Of a DNA stretch of 64,000 bases, positions 22,194 through 33,277 are shown piece by piece. Position 1 is the first letter of the stretch; every line of letters starts with the position of its first letter. The stretch is from the NCBI GenBank assembly GCA_963803975.1, contig CAWDOY010000048.1:32001-96000 (forward strand), given 5' to 3'. The translations under genes and the position numbers were made by a program. The stretch comes from an uncultured delta proteobacterium (lineage in GTDB: Bacteria > Desulfobacterota > WTBG01 > CAIYCZ01). The notes beneath the pieces were generated by a model. That model saw nothing but the letters and a program-made list of their open reading frames with translations. It was not told the DNA's origin and did no database searches.

Positions 22194-22835
22194 TCAGGGC
22201 TCTGCAATGCCCTGCTTCACAGCGTACCGGACCAGTTCTGCCGTTGTTTTGATTCCGAGGTCTTCCATCATCCGGTACTTATGGTATTCTACGGTTTTTA
22301 TTGATATGTTTAAAATGGAAGCAATTTCTTTTACAGAATGACCCTCTGCAAGCAACTGCAGCACCTCACGCTGCCGCGAAGAAAGGCAGAGGGACGCATC
22401 GGTCCGCGATTTGGGTCCAGATTTGCAGGAATGCAGGAGTTTTCCGGCAATCAGGGGTGTTATATAAATTCTTCCCTTGAGCGCCTCCTGGATGGCTGCG
22501 ATAAGTTCATCGGGGGCGGAGTGCTTTAGAACATAGCCCGAGCCGCCTGCATTGAGGGCGTTAACCGCATAGGCCACATCGGGATGCATCGTGAGAAATA
22601 CCACCTTGATCCCCGGATGCCTTTTTTTTATCTGCCGTACGGCTTCTATGCCATTGAGAAGCGGCATGGATATATCGGCAACGATAACATCGGGCTGGAG
22701 TTTTTGGGCAGCAGCTACAAGTTCACGACCGTCCTCAACGACACCGGAGATGTCAAAGTCCGCGCAGAGCAATCTCTTCAGCCCTTCAACGAAGATTTTA
22801 TGGTCGTCAGCTATCAGCAGCCGCGGCTTGTTCAT
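22194..22835 (-). CDS. NarL/LuxR-family response regulator
   Basis: REC domain (IADDH, DISMP) plus HTH 'LSSRQREVLQLLAEG...TVEYHKY'. Confidence 0.95.
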   Translation of the reverse strand: MNKPRLLIADDHKIFVEGLKRLLCADFDISGVVEDGRELVAAAQKLQPDVIVADISMPLLNGIEAVRQIKKRHPGIKVVFLTMHPDVAYAVNALNAGGSGYVLKHSAPDELIAAIQEALKGRIYITPLIAGKLLHSCKSGPKSRTDASLCLSSRQREVLQLLAEGHSVKEIASILNISIKTVEYHKYRMMEDLGIKTTAELVRYAVKQGIAEP

Positions 22836-24520
22836 GTGCTTCCCCTAACGGAATGAAGATTTGAATTTCAGTGCCTTTCCCCGGATTTGATTCAACGGCA
22901 ATTGTGCCGTTAACGTGTCGCACCCGTTCTCTCATACTGGACAGACCAATTCCTGCGTTCTGTTTTGCCTTTTTTAAGTCGAATCCGATCCCCTTGTCCT
23001 GTATCAAAAGGCGGATGCCGCCGGAGATGCCATGGAGGTTGATGGAAGCGGCTGTCGCACTTGCGTGTTTAGCAATATTCTGAAGACCTTCCTGGATTAT
23101 CCGGTAAAGGCAAAGCGCCAGGTGCTGGGGAATTAAACCCGGGAGATCAAGTGGTGTGAAGGACAAATCAATGCCGGTTTTTTTGGTAAAGGTGCTGCAT
23201 TCCGCCTGCACAGCCTGAACCAGTCCCAGGTCATCGAGGATGGATGGATGAAGCCGGCGTGACAAGCCATGGACATCGTCGGCCAGATCAGTCAGATTGA
23301 TCCTCAGGGCCTTGAGGGCCTGAACAGTCTGAGGGTCCACAGGGCTCAATTGTTTTTCAATCAGCGCCGCTTCCAGTGCCAGTGCTGCAAGCCTTTGTGT
23401 CAGATCGTCATGGAGCTCCCGGGAAAGCCGCCTGAGCTCTTCTTCCTGGGCGTAGATAATTCTTCCGGTGAGTTCGCTGAGATCCTGTTCATTGCGCCGC
23501 AGGGCATCCTCTACCTTCTTGCGCTCGCTGATGTCCAGGGACACGCCCATCATGCTGAGTGGGTTCCCCGGCGTGGTTCGCTGCAGCTGGCCGCGGGAGG
23601 CGATCCAGCGGACAGTCCCGTCGGCCCTCAGGACACGGTACTCGATGGTAAAATCTGTTTCTGTCTGCATGGCCTGCTGAATGGTCTGGTGAATCCGTTC
23701 GCTATCCTCGGGATGGATACACTGCAGGAAGCTCTCGTACTGCAATTCATCGTGCGGGAGAAAGCCGAACAGCTCACGTGTTTTGCCGGTGGCCCAGACC
23801 TGTCCGGTATCCAGTGACATACTCCACATGCCTGCGTTTGCTGATGCCGCAGCAAGGCTCAGTCGCGCCTCACTTTCTCTCAATTCCAGTTCAGACATTT
23901 TCCGGCTGAGCGCATTAGCAGAAAATCTGGGAGATAAGGCTTAATTGCGTTACCATCGCCTGCGGCCATTCCCGCTCTTCCCGCATCATGGCGAAGGTTA
24001 TACAGCCTATGACTGCGCCTCCTACCACAAGGGGAATTATTGCGTCGGCCTTTGTTCCAAAACGTCTTATCATCTCGGCATCATGGCTCGCCTCCGGGGG
24101 GAGCTCTTCAAGCCTTGAAAAGAGAACCGTTTTGCCATGCTGGAAGACCTGGTTGAAGAGCCAGGGGAAATCCGTTGTTACTTCCAGTTGTATTTGAACC
24201 GGGGAGCCATCAGATGCCTGCGCTGTCCATTTTCCGTTTAACGAAAAGCTGGTATTTGCAGGTTTTATAATAGTCTGAACATCCTCATGCTCGTAAATGT
24301 GAGTGAACACATATCTGCCGGGCTCATGCTTAAGCTGCTGCCATATGGTAGACCGGTCGATGCCGAAGAATTCACAGATTCTGCGCTGGGCAGCCTCGAT
24401 TTCTTGATCAATCCGTTCAGCGGGGAGGTTGATAAAGTGAGTGGAAATTTCGGCCAGCAGCGTTTCGAAACGCAAGCGGTCTTCGAGTTCTGCGAGAAGT
24501 TTGGTTTCTAATTCAGACAT
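22807..24520 (-). CDS. GAF-PAS-HisKA_3 sensor histidine kinase (frameshift near 23915)
   Basis: GAF-like N-terminus; PAS 'IHPED...EYRV...DG.VRWI'; H-box ELHDDLTQ; QEGLQNIAKH, DKGIGF, GIGLSSM. Confidence 0.88.
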
Positions 24521-24698
24521 TCGGTAATTCCATTATAATGAGCTAACGTAAAATAGCAGCTGGCTTCCCGAGATTAAGAGCCTGATCTCTACAACAGGAA
24601 TTTATAAATCTAAGGACGCAGGCATTGAAGATGGCATTTGTATATATATATCATTTCATATCACAACCTTCCAGCGATGCATATGAAATGTCAAAATA

Positions 24699-26190
24699 GC
24701 ATTCCAGCTTTGACCCGCGCCACGATCGCATGCGTCTTTTTTATGGTCGGGCGGTTGCCGGGTGGATCGTCAATCTAAGGAAGCTGGGCCGACTGCAGCC
24801 GGAAACGCGTGCAGTTCTGGGTGAGACCTTCCGCACGTCAATAAAAAACGGTCCGCGGCTTGCAGACCCCAACACGTACGCGGAGTTGATGATTGCCGCG
24901 GAGACGGATGTGAGCGAGCTGCGCAGCCGGAGCATGCGCCGCGGCATCGGCGCGCCGTTTATCGGCTGGAACGAGAACCGGAAGGCCAGCAGTCAGGACC
25001 GGTACTTTCCTCTGGTGGGCCTGGCCCAGGCGCTGAGCGCAGTGGCGTTGTTTTCCAATACGCAGGATGGCAGCAGGAAGGTTGAGCTGGCACTCTACGA
25101 TTCTCTCGCTCAGGAGACGGTTGAAATAGACGGGGCCGCGATTCCTTTGGCGGCCGATTTCACTGCCGCTTTCGCTTACCAGATATCAAAATCCCAGCTG
25201 CAGCGCTTCAACCTGATTCACACCCTGGATATTGAAGCCGGACTGCGTGCCACCGGCTTTTACATGCTGCAGCCATTTGATCCCGATAAGATACCGCTTA
25301 TAACCGTGCACGGGCTGTTCTCCAGCCCGCTCAACTGGGTGGACGTGACCAACGATCTGCTGGGAGACGCGGAGATCCGCGCCAATTACCAGATCTGGCA
25401 CTTCTTCTATCCTCCCGGGCTGCCGATCCTCATTTCGGCCAGCATGTTCAGGGACAAGATTGACGAGTTGTTCCGCACCTTCGATCCTGACCACCGCAAC
25501 CCTAAAATGGATGACGTGATTGTACTGGCCCACAGCATGGGCGGGCTGTTGACCCGTACGGCGGTTTCAGAAAGTCATGACGCGCTGTGGCTGAAAATGT
25601 TCGGCAAGACGGAACGCGAGCTGTCTTTGCCGGCTGACCTCGGTGCCGAGCTGAACAAACTGCTCAACTTCAGACGCAGGGAGTTCATTAAACGGGTCAT
25701 CTTTGTGGCGGTGCCGCATCGCGGCAGCAAGATGTCCAAGGAGCTGATCGGCCGCATCGGCCGCAGCCTGGTGAAACTGCCGGCGCTGATCGTCCAGAAT
25801 CTTAATCAACTCCGCAGCCGTCTGGAAAAGTTCATCGAGCCGCAGTCGCTCACGGCCCTGGTGTCTCCGGAACAGCTGAACAGCATTCGCGGCCTCTCCC
25901 CGGATAGCGCCCCGATTCAGGCGCTCTCCAGGATTGCGATTGACCGCGGGGTGAAGTTTCATTCGATTATCGGCACGGAAAGCAAGACCGAAGACGGCGA
26001 GCCCTTCGACGGCGTGGTGACGTACTCAAGCGCTCACCTGGAGGGTGCCGTATCTGAGCTGACAGTGCCCTGCGATCACTCAGCGCACACTAATCCGCTG
26101 GTCATTCTCGAGATTGAGCGCATTCTCAGGCTGCATCTGCGCGAATACGAGGCGCGCACAGGAAAGAATGGGGGAAAACCTTTATCTTAA
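24699..26190 (+). CDS. alpha/beta-fold hydrolase (esterase/lipase-like), probably 5'-truncated
   Basis: VHGLFSSP oxyanion motif, AHSMGG nucleophile elbow, PHRGS, DGVV.Y.SAH; no clear RBS at ATG 24730. Confidence 0.75.
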
Positions 26191-26269
26191 TAAAGTGTCT
26201 TTCAACAACTATGAAATGTCAAAATAAAGACCCGTACTCCACTCGCCCGTAATATACTATCAGCCTAAC

Positions 26270-26307
26270 AAAAAGAGCAGGGCCATTAACTCGACTCTGC
26301 TCTTTTT
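26270..26307. terminator. bidirectional intrinsic terminator
   Basis: AAAAAGAGCAG...CTGCTCTTTTT between convergent genes. Confidence 0.65.
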
Positions 26308-26406
26308 GTCTATAAAAATGATTGTCGATATTATTGTGGTTGCTGACAAGTCACAAAAATTACAGACTTCTACTATTTGCCGCTTTATTTACCCCGCCTC
26401 ATTAAA

Positions 26407-26706
26407 TTATTTATTAAATATACTAAAGAACTTATCAAGCCCGCTCTTTTCCAGTTTTGCCACAGTGTTAAGTTCTCCCGCATCAAGCCAGATCCCTTCA
26501 CATTCAGAACACTCATCTATCTTTATTCCTTTATAATCAATCTCTATCAGTTCCATTCCGCACTTGGGACATTGCATATAATGAAGTTTTTTCAGCCTTT
26601 GCTTTTCTTCTTCTGCAAGTCTCTTGTGCTTTTCTTCCTCAATCTTCTTCTTTTTTTCAAACTCCATTCTTGCAATATACTCGTCCTCTGTTTTAGTTGG
26701 TATCAT
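26407..26706 (-). CDS. zf-TFIIB zinc-ribbon protein
   Basis: MQCPKCG...IDECSECEGIWLDAGEL; GGAGG RBS. Confidence 0.88.
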   Translation of the reverse strand: MIPTKTEDEYIARMEFEKKKKIEEEKHKRLAEEEKQRLKKLHYMQCPKCGMELIEIDYKGIKIDECSECEGIWLDAGELNTVAKLEKSGLDKFFSIFNK

Positions 26707-27056
26707 TGATAGTACCTCCTTGTTTTGTTAAAAAGGGATTTCAGGATATATGATGCTTATTTATGACTGTACATTACATTATCGCTTTTCTTCATTGAGC
26801 AGAACTTTATACAGCAATGAAAGAAATGTCAATGCGCCTTTACCTGTGCAGACATTGTGTGGGAGATTAAAGGAATAAAACTGCAGACTATGTATCAACA
26901 CCCTGCGAAGTCGTTCAAGTTAACTCACTTCAGACTATAACATGATGTATTCTTTGGGTCTGCGGAAAATAACACGACGATTGTAAAAATATAAAAAACA
27001 GGGGTAAATAGAATGAGGGCCCCTGCTTTTAATTGGTTTTTATGTTGAGAACGCAT

Positions 27057-28113
27057 TTAGCCTCCGCCATCTCCCTCCATCCATGCATCAAGCAGTTTGT
27101 GGGCAACAGCCAGAACCACCGGACCGACGAAAAGTCCGATCAGCCCGAAAGACATCAGCCCGCCGACTACACCGATAAAAATAAGCAGCAGCGGCAAATC
27201 GGCGCCTCTTTTGATGAGAATCGGCCTCAGGACGTTGTCCAGTGTCCCGACAATGAGGGTGTAAACCAGAAGGAATATCCCCATGCCCGTGCTGCCGCTC
27301 CAGAAAAGCCACAGCGTGGCCAGTCCAAGCACCGGCACCACGCCGATTTGGGAAATGGAAAGTATTAACATCACCGCCGTAAGGATGGCGGCAAACGGCA
27401 CGCCGGCAATCAGCAGGCCCAGACCTCCCAACACCGACTGGGCCAGGGCCGTAACAACAATGCCCAACGACACGCCGCGCACGGCCTGACCGGCAAGCCG
27501 GACCGCATTTTCACCGTGCAGCCCTGCCAGACGACGCCCAAAACATAAAACACGATCGGCAGCTGCCTCGCCGTTGGCATACAGGATAGCGGCTATCAGC
27601 ACCGTGAGTAAAAATTCCACCAGCAGTTTACCGAACCCGCCCACCTGGGCCACAAACCACTTGATTAAATCGCCGGCATAGGGACCGATCGTGGCGGCAA
27701 TCTCCTGGATTCCTTCCCGGGCAGTCTTCTCCCAGACAGCCACCAACTTGTCCGCCGATAAACGGCAGCTTGGCCACCCATGCCGGATGAGGGGGAATTT
27801 TAAACGTTTCGAACGCTTTGACCCAAACAATGATTTCGTCGGTATTGGAAATGATCGTGCCGATGGCCATTGAGAGCGGTACGACCAGTACGCACAGCAG
27901 AACGATCGTCATGACCGCAACCGCCAATGAGCGTTTGTGCCACAGCCGATTCTGAAGCGTGATCATCAGGGGCCACGTTGCCACCACAATGGTTGTCGCC
28001 CAGACCGTAGCCCCCAGAAACGGCCGCAGAATCCATAAGCATGACCCGATAAGGGCCACGATAAAAATTACGCTCAGCAAACTTCGCGTCAAATCATTAT
28101 GCGCTTCGGTCAT
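27057..28113 (-). CDS. ydiK: AI-2E family transporter, YdiK-like (frameshift near 27750)
   Basis: 'LRPFLGATVWATTIVVATWP', 'DNVLRPILIKRGADLPLLLIFIGVVGGL..FGLIGLFVGPVVLAV'. Confidence 0.88.
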
Positions 28114-28147
28114 GTTGCCATACTCCGGGCCGCTTGATAGGAATTCA

Positions 28148-28218
28148 TTTTTATTGATAGGAACTCGCTTTCGGATGAAGGAACTATAGGCCGCTGACTT
28201 ATTGTGTGTCAATAAAAA
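28148..28218 (-). promoter_or_regulatory. conserved promoter/leader module, copy A
   Basis: TTGACA-N18-TATAGT, then tcatccgaaagcgagttcctatcaat. Confidence 0.75.
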
Positions 28219-28485
28219 TTCCGCAGCAAGATATGAAGAGGGGTTAACCGGACAAATACCAACATCTCGTGGTGGGCATTAACCGCTGAAACTGCCGACT
28301 ATGTATCATTTCTGCGAGAAGTCATTAAACATTAACTCGATTGCAGACTATACCATGCATGCTTAATAAAAGTATGAATGGGTTGCACAGATCTGGTCAT
28401 GACGCTTCACAGCAGAAGTATTCTGTTTTTGTGAAGAACCGGTAACCTCCCGGCCAGGAACGCACTGCCGTGTCAGCCAGTGCGC

Positions 28486-28815
28486 TCACTCGACGTCAAC
28501 CAGCACGTATTCGGTACCTGAAATCATGTAGTATTCCCCGTCGCATTCCCACAGGGTGGTGTCTTCTATTATGACCGTCGTGCAGTCAGGAGGCAGCGTA
28601 TCAACGTAAGTGGAAGTTTCGACAATGCTGCGTCTCGCCGTGCGCCGCGCCACCCCTGCAACGCTCACCGGCGTTCGAGGACGCCCCACTCTGGCCTCGG
28701 CAGACGAGATGAGGCCGTGTACGCCGGGGATCGGGCGCTGCTCTCCAAGTTCGAGTGCAAAAGCGCCGATGATCCCGGCCATCAAGAAGATCCCTAATCG
28801 CTTAGACAAAGTCAT
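28486..28815 (-). CDS. small secreted conserved hypothetical protein (DUF2092 partner)
   Basis: 'AEARVGRPRTPVSVAGVARRTARR', then 'LPPDC....TLWECDGEYY'. Confidence 0.7.
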   Translation of the reverse strand: MTLSKRLGIFLMAGIIGAFALELGEQRPIPGVHGLISSAEARVGRPRTPVSVAGVARRTARRSIVETSTYVDTLPPDCTTVIIEDTTLWECDGEYYMISGTEYVLVDVE

Positions 28816-29582
28816 TTTCTACCTCCTACCGCAAAGATATTAGGCAATTCATCAATGTCGGGGAGATCTGTCAGATCCATCTTTTTGGCGTTTGTTGTAT
28901 TCTTGAAGCTAAAATTCTCGGACCCAACCTCGTTGCCGGTTTTCCAATCCCTGACCGTGATGCTGTATTGCGGCGCCTGCGCAACCCTGGTGCTGGTGAT
29001 GACATAGCGGCAAGGATAGGGACGGCTTCCCTGAGCAATCCAGATCTCCCAGTCAACTTCTTTCGTTCGAAAGGCGAGGTGATCGCATTCGACGCCGCCG
29101 ATCACGCCGGAGCCGAGGTCCTTTACGTTGACTACGGTAGCCATGAGTTTGCCGTAGACATTCGACACCAGTAAATCTGCGCCAGGCACGGGCCTCCCCT
29201 TTTTCCGCAACTCGTCGATCAGATGATCGATCGTGCCGGGCACTGCGAGCTGACCATAGACGTTTGCTGTCTTGCCGAGCAGCGTAATTGTTTTCCCATC
29301 AAAAAGAAACTCGACATCTGCAAACCCGCCGGTGCGCGTGGCGCGAAGCTTGTCAGGCCGATTGAGCGTGGCTTTTCCCGAACTCGCCAGCCCGAGCTTC
29401 TGATGGTCTTTGGTGACAATCTCGAGGATGGTATCGTATTGGAACGATATGGCCTTCTGCGCAGCCAGGTAATCAGACATGGCCTTGAACAGCTTCCTGG
29501 CGTCTGCCTCATCGGCTCGCGCGTCTGAGGGTGCGCCCAAGCCAACTATCATGCACAACACCACGGCGGATAGGTTCGCCAC
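28812..29582 (-). CDS. DUF2092 family periplasmic protein
   Basis: 'LFKAMSDYLA', 'RPDKLR', 'PGADLL', 'GVECDHLAFRTKEVDWEIWIAQG'. Confidence 0.9.
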   Translation of the reverse strand: MANLSAVVLCMIVGLGAPSDARADEADARKLFKAMSDYLAAQKAISFQYDTILEIVTKDHQKLGLASSGKATLNRPDKLRATRTGGFADVEFLFDGKTITLLGKTANVYGQLAVPGTIDHLIDELRKKGRPVPGADLLVSNVYGKLMATVVNVKDLGSGVIGGVECDHLAFRTKEVDWEIWIAQGSRPYPCRYVITSTRVAQAPQYSITVRDWKTGNEVGSENFSFKNTTNAKKMDLTDLPDIDELPNIFAVGGRK

Positions 29583-29658
29583 AGGAGAACTTGAGAAATT
29601 TACGGGCTGTCTTCTTCATCTGCATGCTCCTTTTTTGAAGGAACTTTTATTGATATAA

Positions 29659-29725
29659 TATTGAGAGGAACTCCCTTTAGGATGAGGCAAGCATAAGACT
29701 GGAGTGGTTGTGTGTCAATAAAAAA
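29659..29725 (-). promoter_or_regulatory. conserved promoter/leader module, copy B
   Basis: TTGACA-N17-TATGCT, then tcatcctaaagggagttcctctcaat. Confidence 0.7.
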
Positions 29726-29938
29726 TCGGCGCGCGGTATGGGCAGGGTTGTTGTCGTGCACAGAAATCAAAAGCTTGTTGTGAAAGTGAAAAACAGAAAA
29801 CTGCTTTCCTTTGACCTGCAACACAAAAGAAAAAATGAAACATTACCTGCTGATTAAGTCAAACCTTTATGCTATAAAAAGTTTCTTAAGAGCGATTTCA
29901 ATCTTTTGACAAAACGCAACGCAATGAAAGGAGCTGTT

Positions 29939-30652
29939 ATGAAAAATGTATTCAAACTACTATCTGTTGCTTTAATCAGCCTGTGCCTGTTAATTGGCTG
30001 CGCCTCAACCGAGGTCACCAACCGCCAGCAGATTGTGACCGGGCAACTCCCAAAGCCCGCTAACATCTGGGTGTACGACTTTGCCGCCACGCCCGCCAAT
30101 GTTCCGGCTGACTCCTCGCTTGCCGGCCAGTATTCTGCACCCCCAACCCCCCAAACAGCCGAGCAGATTGCTGCCGGCCGTAAGGTAGGCGCTGAAATTG
30201 CGGCGCAGCTGGTCGAGCAGATCCAGGGCATGGGACTGCCAGCAAAACGGGCTGCGATTCGAACGAAGCCGCAAATCAACGATATTGTGATCCGGGGCTA
30301 TCTCCTCTCAGTTAATGAGGGCAGTGCCGGAAAGCGCGTCACAATCGGATTTAGCACCGGGGCGTCCGAGTTGAAGACAGCGGTCGAAGGCTTTCAAATG
30401 ACAAAGAAGGGACTGCGGAAACTTGGTTCCGGCACCGTGGATACCGGCGGAAGTAAGGGCCCGGGTATGGCAGCACCTGCTGCCATCGCCATTGCGAGCG
30501 GCAATCCCGTTGGCCTTATCGTCAGCGGCGGGATGAAATTGTATGGAGAAAAAAGCGGCAGCAGTAAGATTGAGGGCAGAGTCAAACAGACGGTCAAGGA
30601 GATCACCGACCAGCTCAGACAGAGATTCGAGGAACAGGGCTGGATCAATTAA
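29939..30652 (+). CDS. DUF4410-like lipoprotein
   Basis: AAGGAG RBS, lipobox LIGC; 'IWVYDFA', 'EGSAGKRVTIGF', C-terminal 'FEEQGWI'. Confidence 0.75.
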   Translation: MKNVFKLLSVALISLCLLIGCASTEVTNRQQIVTGQLPKPANIWVYDFAATPANVPADSSLAGQYSAPPTPQTAEQIAAGRKVGAEIAAQLVEQIQGMGLPAKRAAIRTKPQINDIVIRGYLLSVNEGSAGKRVTIGFSTGASELKTAVEGFQMTKKGLRKLGSGTVDTGGSKGPGMAAPAAIAIASGNPVGLIVSGGMKLYGEKSGSSKIEGRVKQTVKEITDQLRQRFEEQGWIN

Positions 30653-30728
30653 TTCTTTTTTTGATATACTTTTATAAAGGAGAGCCAAATACCAACAGTT
30701 TGGGCGCTGAGCGCCTTTTGTAAGGTTC

Positions 30729-31819
30729 CTATCCGGTAGGAATCGTTACGATGGGAGCAGTCCCTTTTTCTCCGGTCTCCACCAGGGTGAAGACAAACAT
30801 CAAAAAGGAAAAGATTTTCTTGGACATCAAAGTCCCGGTCGTCGATCCAGAAATAGGAGTTTCGATAGGGGATCGAAACAAAGGCATCAGCGGGCTTTCC
30901 CGGTGAGCTGTGAATCGCGGATCAAGGGGCGGATTTTTTCACCCGCAGCTGTTTCCGCGAAAGTAGGGGACACCCGTTTTTCCTTCACATCGGAGGCAGG
31001 GACTTCGATATCCGTTGACATATCGACGAGGACTTCCAGTATCGACCGGGTCAGGATCGCGATCTCGGTATCATCCCGGGGAACGCTTCCATACACCACT
31101 TTAAACGCATCGGCCTCAGTGGCCAAACCCAGCGTCTTCCGAACCTTTATACCCAGCGCCTTTGTTTCCGGATCCCGCTTTCCCAGGATAATCGTCAAAG
31201 CTGTTTCTTCCTTGTCCACTTTTTTGAATCTCATCCCGATGCCCCCGGCCAGCTGGATCTTCCGCATGTTATCAAGCAGGGTATAAAATTCAGGGTCAGC
31301 GGACTGGGTCCTTGCTTCCCCGCCAAAGCGGTTCCGGATCCCGTTAACCTCATGGACCAGCAGCCGGAATACCATGTCCACCGGATAGCCGCCCTGGATA
31401 AGGCTGAGGATGGCGGAAGGAGGAATAGGGGACATCAGGCTGCGGGCAAATTTATCTCCGATGATGGGGGTGAACGTGATGGTCGGGCGGTCCACATATT
31501 GCCCGAATGCCCCCACGCTCTCGGAAGTGCTCCAGGGTTTGGTATTGATCGTTGAGCCCAGATTAACCTGTCCCGCAACCTGGTACTGGCTGATCACCGA
31601 AGAGACGTCCATGAAAACCGGGGCATCGCCATAGCGGATTTTGACCATGTTAAAGAGCATCTGGCGCTTCCACGAATCGGAAATGGCCTCCGTGTAATCG
31701 AACCGGTCACGCGATACGGTTTGCGGGCCGATGCCCGCGCACCCTGCGAGCAAAAGAATCACGAGACCTGATAACAGATAAGCAAAGGTCTTCATGCCCT
31801 GTATCTGTACACGTGCCAT
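30729..31819 (-). CDS. conserved hypothetical lipoprotein (frameshift near 30900)
   Basis: Lipobox LAGC; 'DRFDY.EAI..SWK.QML.NMV..RY.D.P.F.DV'; C-terminus 'FWIDDRD...APIVTIPTG' in another frame. Confidence 0.75.
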
Positions 31820-31844
31820 ATTCCCTCCCGTCTGTGCATGCTTT

Positions 31845-33035
31845 TTATAGAAACGCCCCGGCTAACAGACTCAGCAGCTCTCCCACCGGCATAACCAGGA
31901 AAATGAGCGGCAGGCCGGGCAGGGACGCGAAAACCGCAATCTGGATGATATTCTGATTGCTGAAGGGAAACACCTTCATATCGCGGATCATCCCGAAGCT
32001 GTTTCCCAGGTCAGCCAGGGACTGGATGTCGCCGCTTCCCAGGAGCGGTTCGTCCTGCGGCGCCTGCCCTGCAATCCACTTCTGCTCGAAGGCATGGTTA
32101 TAGGTGTTCACCAGTATGCTGTACTTGCGCAGTCCTTCCCGCCGCGTCCGGGCAAGCAGCGGGGTAAAAATCAGCAGGGGCCCGAGGCAGACAAGCTCGC
32201 TCAGGATCAAAAAAACCGCGTACAGGACTTTGAAATTGTCGATAGGCACCGCATCGAAATAGACCTGGAAGGCCACATTTCCACTTAGAACTGCGGCAAA
32301 GGCAAAGGAAAAAATCCCCAGGGAGATATGGGCATTACCAAGAAATCCGAGCCCGGCAGCCCGGTCCGCATGGGTGGCCACCAGATTCAGATTCAGGCGG
32401 GACATATCGCGGAGGAACAGGGTCCAGATAATCAGCCGCCAGAGCCATCGAAAAAGAAAGAATACCACGATCGGCACAGCGAAATAGTAGTACCAGATCC
32501 CTGCCAGAGTCAATCCGAATCCACCATTCAGTGCGGCGGTGCTCCAGGTTACCGCGGCATTCACTCCGGAAAGAGCTTCAATGTTAAAGTACCGCACAGC
32601 GAACAGGGCAATGACGAAGATGACCAGTTCAGGCAGAAGCGCTTCACGCAGCCGCCGGACACGCATGACAGCCGCGTCTACTGCGGGGATATCCTCCGTC
32701 CGTACGAGGTTTGCCCGGAGAAAATGAAGCCCAGCTGTCCTTAGCCGCGGGCCGACAATGACCTCTGCCAGGAAGAGCAGCGGTATAGCGATGAAAAAAC
32801 GCGCGTACGTGGCGAAGTCAAGTAAAAATGACTCACGTGGTGTCGGCCCGAGTGCCCGGCCCTCGATCAGTGTTAACACCAGAAGCGGGACCCAGGTGAT
32901 CAGCAAAAAACAGACTATACGTCTCCCAATGCAAGGATCATCTTTCTTAACCAGACCGAGCCGCTGCATGAGACGGTATACGGGACCACCCATTTCGAAC
33001 TGCAGCTCAGCTTCACGCGCAAGGATAGTATCCAT
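31845..33035 (-). CDS. conserved multi-pass membrane protein
   Basis: 'GGP.YRL', 'HADRAAGLGFL', 'LLGS.DIQSLADLGNSF'; CAGGAG RBS. Confidence 0.75.
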   Translation of the reverse strand: MDTILAREAELQFEMGGPVYRLMQRLGLVKKDDPCIGRRIVCFLLITWVPLLVLTLIEGRALGPTPRESFLLDFATYARFFIAIPLLFLAEVIVGPRLRTAGLHFLRANLVRTEDIPAVDAAVMRVRRLREALLPELVIFVIALFAVRYFNIEALSGVNAAVTWSTAALNGGFGLTLAGIWYYYFAVPIVVFFLFRWLWRLIIWTLFLRDMSRLNLNLVATHADRAAGLGFLGNAHISLGIFSFAFAAVLSGNVAFQVYFDAVPIDNFKVLYAVFLILSELVCLGPLLIFTPLLARTRREGLRKYSILVNTYNHAFEQKWIAGQAPQDEPLLGSGDIQSLADLGNSFGMIRDMKVFPFSNQNIIQIAVFASLPGLPLIFLVMPVGELLSLLAGAFL

Positions 33036-33277
33036 ATTATCTCCTGAGAGCACCTTTCACTCGTAGTTTGATTAGAAATACTGTTTCTGTCTGCAGCGAT
33101 TTACCCGTAGATTTAAACTCTATATTATTATTGTGCCCTGGTTCAAGGAATATTTTAAATTAAAATTGCCAAGAGTATATGGACGCTGATTAAGAGTCCG
33201 ACGATATTTTTGGCTCAGTTCATTAAGCCAGACCCATGTATTGATTTCATAAATTATGGGATACAGAGGCCATGTCT

